Shown piece after piece: positions 57,987 to 64,000 of a DNA stretch of 64,000 nt. Source of the DNA: Macrostomum lignano (Eukaryota); contig NIVC01001956.1 of assembly GCA_002269645.1 (NCBI GenBank), forward strand, positions 1-64,000, in the 5' to 3' direction. The notes under the pieces were generated by a model. The model ran no database searches, was not told the origin of the DNA, and worked only from the letters and a program-made list of their open reading frames with translations. A program made the position numbers and the translations under genes. Each line of letters opens with the position of its first letter. The first letter of the stretch is position 1.

Positions 57987-58211
57987 GTGGGGGCTTCGCC
58001 CCCACGCCCCCAGCGGGGGCTCTGCCCCCGCACCCCCGCTAGCAGCGGGTAATGTCTATAGTAATATCAATTATAACCTTTTTTGGGCAGAATGTAAAAT
58101 GAAAGAATCAAATAAGAATGAGATTCATGCACGCCAACTCGTGCGTCTATGGCAAAGAGCACTCGTGCGCTTCGCGCACTCGTGCTTTTGCCAATGACGC
58201 ACTCGTTAGCG
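57987..58211. other. Cluster of GC-rich triloop hairpins (likely transposon end/origin-like cassette)
   Basis: GTGGGGGC-TTC-GCCCCCAC (57987-58005), GCGGGGGC-TCT-GCCCCCGC (58013-58031), CCCGCT-AGC-AGCGGG (58035-58049), and an ~80-nt extended hairpin centred on GTGCGC-TTC-GCGCAC (~58130-58211). Confidence 0.78.
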
Positions 58212-59017
58212 TTCAAGAATCCTAGCAGCTCCCCCAGTCAGGGCCAGAACGGGGGGGAGTCGATCGCGCATCGTTCGCCCTTGGCCTCCGCGGGCCCTGC
58301 GCCGTCCACAACAGCAGGTCGTGTAACGGCTGGCGGCAGGGACTTTCCGACCGGATGACGTGGCCAGCCAGCCTGAGTGAATCCTGACGAACTTTGAACT
58401 TCGCTGGGAGAACTTTGTGATCGTGATAAAAGCTTCGATATATTATTTAGTCCAACAAATTTCTTAAGTCGAGAATAACAATGCTTAAATATTTAACATC
58501 ATTGAAGATTTCGGGTGTTAAAGTTGGACACAATATTTAAGGGAATGAATCAGCAAGGCATAAGTAGATAAATTAGTCAAGTACACAAATGATGACAAAA
58601 ATCTAAAGTCAGTCCGAAAGTATCAAACCTACGAACGCTGCACGGGCTCAGAGCAGAATGTACAGTGTGGAATAAAAGTGTACTCAAATATTAACTTAAA
58701 GTAAAAGTCCAAAACAACAAGCTCAGCAGTCACTTTGAACTTAATTTATTGAACTTTAATTTGTACTTCCAGTTGTTGGTATTTTCTTCTAAATAGCAAT
58801 AGAAAGCAGGAACAAGACGATTTGTTGAGGTCCAAACCAGAGACCTGCGACTAGTGTTTTTTCTAATTTCCTGGAGGAGGCGTAATTAAAGGATTCAAAT
58901 AAGAATTTCATTCTTTTTTTTATCAAATTTAGCTCTGACTAGCAATCCAGCCCGTCTGGGGAGAGCAAAAAGGAAATGAAAATGTTGCTAAAATATTAAA
59001 GAATAGACCCATGCTTC

Positions 59018-59250
59018 CAGTAAGCCTTGGCATATCAACAATTCCCCTTAAGCCTTGACATCCCAGCAATTCCCCCCGTAGGCCTTAACATCTCAGCAAT
59101 TCTCCCCGTAAGCCTCGACGTCTTAGCAATTCCCCCAATAAGCCATGACATCTTAGAAATTTTCCCACTAAGCCTTGAAGTCTGAGCTTTTCCCTATAAG
59201 CCTTGACATCCCAGCAATTCCTCCCATTAGCCTCGATGTCTCAGCAATTC
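59018..59250. repeat. Degenerate ~30-bp minisatellite (AAGCCTTGACATCCCAGCAATTCCCCC..T)
   Basis: About 8 visible units abutting the 3' end of the ankyrin paralogue. Confidence 0.85.
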
Positions 59251-60442
59251 CCCCAGCTGTAAGCTCCAGAGATGCCGGATTCTGCTGGCTCGCCCTCAGC
59301 TGAGCGATGCGGTGGCTCAGGTAGTCCACCGGTCCTGGCAACTAGGCCTACCGGTATGAGATCGGAGTCATTCCGCCTCTTCACGCTGTCAATGAGCCCT
59401 TGAACCATATGGATAGAAGCCGCTGATTCCAGACAGTCCGACAAGGCATAATGCAAGTGGTTTAACCGCTCGCTCGAGCAGAGACAGAGTTGAGTAGGCG
59501 CTGCATCAAAGTCGATTAGCAACGAGATTAAGTCGGCCCGACGCATTTGCAGGCACAAAAACAAAGGCGTCTGCAAAATTTAATTTTTCATTGCCTTTAA
59601 TTCCCTGAAGACAAACTAATTCCTTTTCTTCTTTCGCTTATTTACCGTAAAAGCGGGTTGAAATAAGCTTCTTGAATGCTCGGCAGTTTTAATAAGAACA
59701 GGAAGGGAAACTCACTTGCCCAAGCACATTGACCAGATTCACTGTGGGCATCAGGTTTTCACGCCAAATCAATTCACAAAGCAGACTTTCTATTGAGTGT
59801 CTTGACTGCTTTTGCAACAAAGCGATGTGAAGCGGTCTGAAATGAAAATAAAAGAATTAAAAGAAACGATATAAACCTATTGAAGCAACTCAATTTTGAC
59901 AATCCAACAAAGTTTTAAACAGGAACAACAACGCAGCATAAAATTAGACTCGGAGCTTGGTTGCCTTCTGATGCAGAAATCATGAGAACGCCTGTCGAAC
60001 TACATGTACCTGCTAACGACGCATCTATCCCGGCATCGCCGTTGAAATAAACGCTCGACAGACTGCAAGCTCCCCTAGTTAACACCCTGAAGTGCTGCAA
60101 CCGCACCTGTTGCTGCCGATCCTCTCCACTCCGTTGCAAGATTTTCGGCGTCATGCCACCGTAGCGGCAGCTCACTGGGTTACTCGGGTTCGAGGTGTAC
60201 TCGTAGTTCGGCTGCGCGTGCTGCTGCAAGCCCGAAGCTGAAGCTATCCAGCCAGCCTGCATAGGCTGCGAACACCCAGTTGAGTTCCTCTGCTTTCTTG
60301 CTCGCTGCTTTGGATCCTGCTTACCTTTTGACAGGATTTCTTCCTCTTCGATGGGGTTGTCTTCATTTGAAGTTGGCCTTTCGTCTATAGCATGTCCAGT
60401 TTCTAGTATTGACGTTGGATCGTCGACTGCCTTATCTGACAT
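59241..60442 (-). CDS. IkappaB-like ankyrin-repeat protein, paralogue A (frameshifted near 3' end; possible pseudogene); exons 60442-60107, 60062-60010, 59836-59716, 59570-59241
   Basis: Spliced product ...RPLHIALLQKQSRHSIESLLCELIWRENLMPTVNLVNVLGQ/TPLFLCLQMRRADLISLLIDFDAAP... Ankyrin PLH and GQTPL motifs. Same 121-bp exon and phases as paralogue B. The first two exons and the start are tentative. Confidence 0.7.
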
Positions 60443-60504
60443 GGTCAGTGTAAGTTTTCTATGCTATACCTGTCTCTGATTACGTTTTGTGGCACTTATC
60501 TGTG

Positions 60505-60970
60505 GGACGTATGTTCTGTGGGGCGTATGTTCTGTGGGGCATGTTCTATGGGCGTATGTTCTATGGGCCGTATGTTCTATGCGTATGTTCTATGGGGCGT
60601 ATGTTCTATGGGGCGTATGTTCTATGGGGCGTGTATGTTCTATGGGCCGTATGTTCTATGGGGCGTATGTTCTATGGGCCGTATGTTCTATGGGCCGTAT
60701 GTTCTATGGGCTATGGGGCGTATGTTCTATGGGGCGTATGTTTTATGGGCCGTGTGTTCTATGGGCCGTGTGTTCTATGGGCCGTATGTTCTATGGGCCG
60801 CATGTTCTATGGGCGTATGTTCTATGGGGCGTCTGTTCTATGGGCCGTATGTTCTATAGGGCGTATGTTCTATGGGGCGTATGTTCTATGGGGCGTATGT
60901 TCTATGGGCCGTATGTTCTATGGGCCGTATGTTCTATGGGCCGTATGTTCTATGGGCCGTATGTTCTGTG
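60505..60970. repeat. 16-bp minisatellite (GGG[C/G]CGTATGTTCTAT)n
   Basis: Directly visible. Source of the GRMFYG/VLWAVCSM pseudo-ORFs. Confidence 0.96.
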
Positions 60971-63009
60971 GGGGCGAATGTTCTCTGGTAAGAATAAAAT
61001 CTTTGCTTCAAATTTAATACTAGACGAATCACACTTTATCTATGATAAATCTTTTATTTCAGTTTTGACAAACTCCGCGGGTAGGAAAGATGATGAAAGA
61101 AGCATGAACTTATGCAGCAACAGTTTAAACTAAGATCTAAATATTTGCGCTCGTGATGTACAGTGTTATTCTGCAAAAACATTCTTAGCCGAGAAAACCA
61201 CTGAAATGTTGACGAAGTTTGAATTCTGATAAAAATCTTTCGCTTTTAAAGAAAATAGTACCAACCTGCGCACCTACTGTTAGGGAGGCAATAAAGAAAA
61301 GATTTTGACCTTGTGCTGTCACTTTTGTAGTTCTTGATAAGAAAAAAAATGTTCAGAGCAAAAAGCATCAGCCCTAAAAGCCAACTATCTAGCCTAATAT
61401 ATGAGCACCCCTTTTGAGCTTTGGCATAAAAGTCTCCCTTTAATCCATAGCTTAACTCTGACTGCCCTGACGCTTGGCCTACCAAAAACTGCCAATTGAC
61501 TCTTGGCATCTTCAAACCCCCTCTCCCTATGAGCAACAGCACTTCAGTGATTCCCTCAATGAGCAAGAATTCGGACAATACAATAATCTGTAATTATTCA
61601 CAACCGTCACAAGTGTTTCATTGAGCCAGTTTCCAATTTACAAGACCCTCACGGCACGGCAGAGGATACAGAGTTTTACACAATTACTCTACGAGTAGAA
61701 GGTGGAGACGTATTGGAAACTTCTGGAAAAATTCATCTAGGTCATGACACAAGCCACAATGCAACTTGCCCTAAAGCTTAAGATATGCGATTTTCACTAT
61801 CGTTACTTCGAAAAAAATAATTATTCGCCAGCTTTTCGTACTTTTCTTTATTTTGTTAATTAGCTCACCTCAAATAATATCATAAAACATAAAAATCAGC
61901 ACTTTCGGCGTGCACAACTAGTTATGAATATGATGATTATGAATATGTTACTAAAATAATAACATTGAACATTGATATAAGCTCATTCTCTATGCGGCAG
62001 AAAAGTTCAAAGAAGGACTTTGTTAAAAATACTTTGTTGTTTGAAACGAATCCGGCCTCTTTGGGTGTAAAGTGCGTTACGTAACGTTGCACAGCAGTGT
62101 CAATTTAAAATCAAACAGATTGTTAAACACCCGCTATGTAGCGAAGGTTCATGGGAATAGTGCATCTTCTAAGTTCCAACTTCCTTATGTGTGCATAGAA
62201 TTACCAAGCAGGGCACCCTCGTGCAGTGAAATGGATGGCCCCAATAAGGTAGGAGTAAACAGCCCTGAGTCTATGTGCAGGCCTCATCCAACCAGCGCAA
62301 CATACCCTATATTTAGTGTGTCAGTCTTCGGGGAATAATGCCTGCATCTAGCTCAACCTGAAACGTCTGCAAGGAGAGGCCGGTTCAAATTACCCACTGG
62401 TAGCTTCGCGGGTCAATCCTGCTCAAATCAGTATTGAAAGTCTTCGTGAACTAACTGTAAATTGATTTGAACAATCTCAGCTCAGTAATCCAAGCTACTA
62501 GCGGCATTACCGGGTAATTAAGTAGGCTTAAAGCAGAATTTAAAATAAGATATATTTCAATAGCGATGATTAATTACAGGAAGAAATAAGGTGACTATTA
62601 TACGAGCTAATCATTACAATTTTAAGTGCCATGTTACAGTTCTTATAATAGTCGATATACAGAATAATGTAATAACGCTGAGTCAATGACAGATACTATA
62701 GTAATAACAGTACAAAAGCCGAAAACGAGTATTAGAAAATGACTGCAGCCGTACATTAGTATTCTAGCATAATAAATATTACTAAATCCTTGAGTAGGCA
62801 GTACAATTTTACAAATTCAATAACTCAAACTTAATTGTTAGATTGATATACTTTCGTACCTTTCCTGTAAAGTATAATGCTTATAAAACGATTTTCAATA
62901 TTAATATCAGATAGCCAAAGTATTAAGGATCTCGTGTTGAACACTGATTCACTGCAAAGAAACAAAAGTGCTGCTGGCTTATTACAGCAGAGCTGATGCA
63001 GCAGTTTTT

Positions 63010-64000
63010 TCAGCCGTTCTGCGGCCCGGGAACCAGCCGCGGCATCACGCTGCAAACGAGGCTCTTCAGCCCCTGCATGTGCGACAGCAACTCTACTGAG
63101 GCCGCGTCCTGACGGCTGGCGTTCAGCTTGTAAATGATGTTGTTCAGGTAGTCCAGCGGCGTCCTGTTATTCAGATCCTTGGCCAGGAGGCCCAGCAGGT
63201 CTGACTGATGTCGCGCGCTCACACCGCTGATGAGGCTGCACACCATCTGGACAGATGGAACCGAGTCCAAACACTTTGAGAAGGCGTAGTGGAAGTGGTT
63301 GGTTCGGTGGCTTGCAGGACCGCAGAGCTGGGCGGGAGCGGCATCGAAGTCGATCAGCAGCGGGATCAGGTCGGAACGGCGCATTTTCAGGCACAGTGAC
63401 AGCGGAGTCTGCAAATTTGATACCAAAGAGTAACACTGCTTAATGACGCATTGCAAAAACGTTCAGAATGCAAGGTAGCAGCAGAGAACTCACCTGACCA
63501 TTAACATTAACCAAGTTAATTATTGGCACCAGATTCTCCCGGCAGTTGAGATCGCAAAGCAAATTTTCAAATTCTTCTCTTGGCTTATTTTGCAACACGG
63601 CATTGTGAAGCTGTCTGTAATGTGAATTGTTGCAAGTTGTCTTGCGTGTTGTTTTCTGTAAGACATTAACGATGGCTTCTACTCTTGAGGCTTATTACGA
63701 GCATTTGAAGAAAAATATACTAAAATTGATAGCAGTCTAAGGAGTCGATTGGCCGCTAAACACTCTTTTCCCCGAGAACTCACGAATTAAGTTTCTCATC
63801 AGCGAGAGTTCGCTTTAGCTTGTTAAGCAGAGCCATGCGAGTGTCGGCTGATAAGATGAAATTTCTGTTGGATGCTGACGGCCCTGGGGCAGCAGTTGCA
63901 GCTGACTGTTCTGGTAAGGCTGCCGCCTGCGCTGGCGCTTGCGACTGCGGGACATGGTTGGTGGCTCCCGCGGAGCTGTCGCTCAATGATCCATCGAGTA
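63010..64000 (-). CDS. IkappaB-like ankyrin-repeat protein, paralogue B (5' end beyond window); exons >64000-63784, 63614-63494, 63408-63010
   Basis: Spliced product ...LKRTLADEKLNS/QLHNAVLQNKPREEFENLLCDLNCRENLVPIINLVNVNGQ/TPLSLCLKMRRSDLIPLLIDFDAAP...LAKDLNNRTPLDYL... GT-AG junctions in phase 2 and 0, with three ankyrin-like TPL/LH motifs. Confidence 0.82.

Overview
Eukaryotic (metazoan), intron-rich and microsatellite-rich genomic DNA. The repeat load, exon GC content and short introns would fit a free-living flatworm such as Macrostomum, but that is inference only. Genes reconstructed by hand from splice sites: (1) a 4-exon claudin/PMP22/CACNG-superfamily tetraspan gene on + (3298-9443); (2) a 78-aa single-pass membrane microprotein on - (12837-13073); (3) a large SCY1-like pseudokinase (SCYL2 family) on -, with 13 core exons at 57016-38765 and probable low-complexity C-terminal exons down to about 28785; (4) an intronless neuropeptide precursor on + (32975-33340) with 7 copies of FSAPGTYDW, apparently nested in an SCYL2 intron; (5) two tandem IkappaB-like ankyrin-repeat paralogues on - (59241-60442, frameshifted near its 3' end; 63010 to beyond the window end). 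Mobile DNA includes a very young 2,025-bp gag/protease-only LTR element with identical LTRs and a 5-bp TSD, two tRNA-headed CORE-SINE copies, several hAT- and Harbinger-type MITEs (one interrupts a reconstructable ORF), an inverted pair of Penelope-type minimal hammerhead ribozymes (47.0-47.4 kb) and triloop hairpin cassettes. Many tandem repeats are present. The strongest candidates for novelty are the non-amidated FSAPGTYDW neuropeptide, the inverted hammerhead pair and the gag-pro-only LTR element. All homology calls rest on motif recognition; no database search was run.
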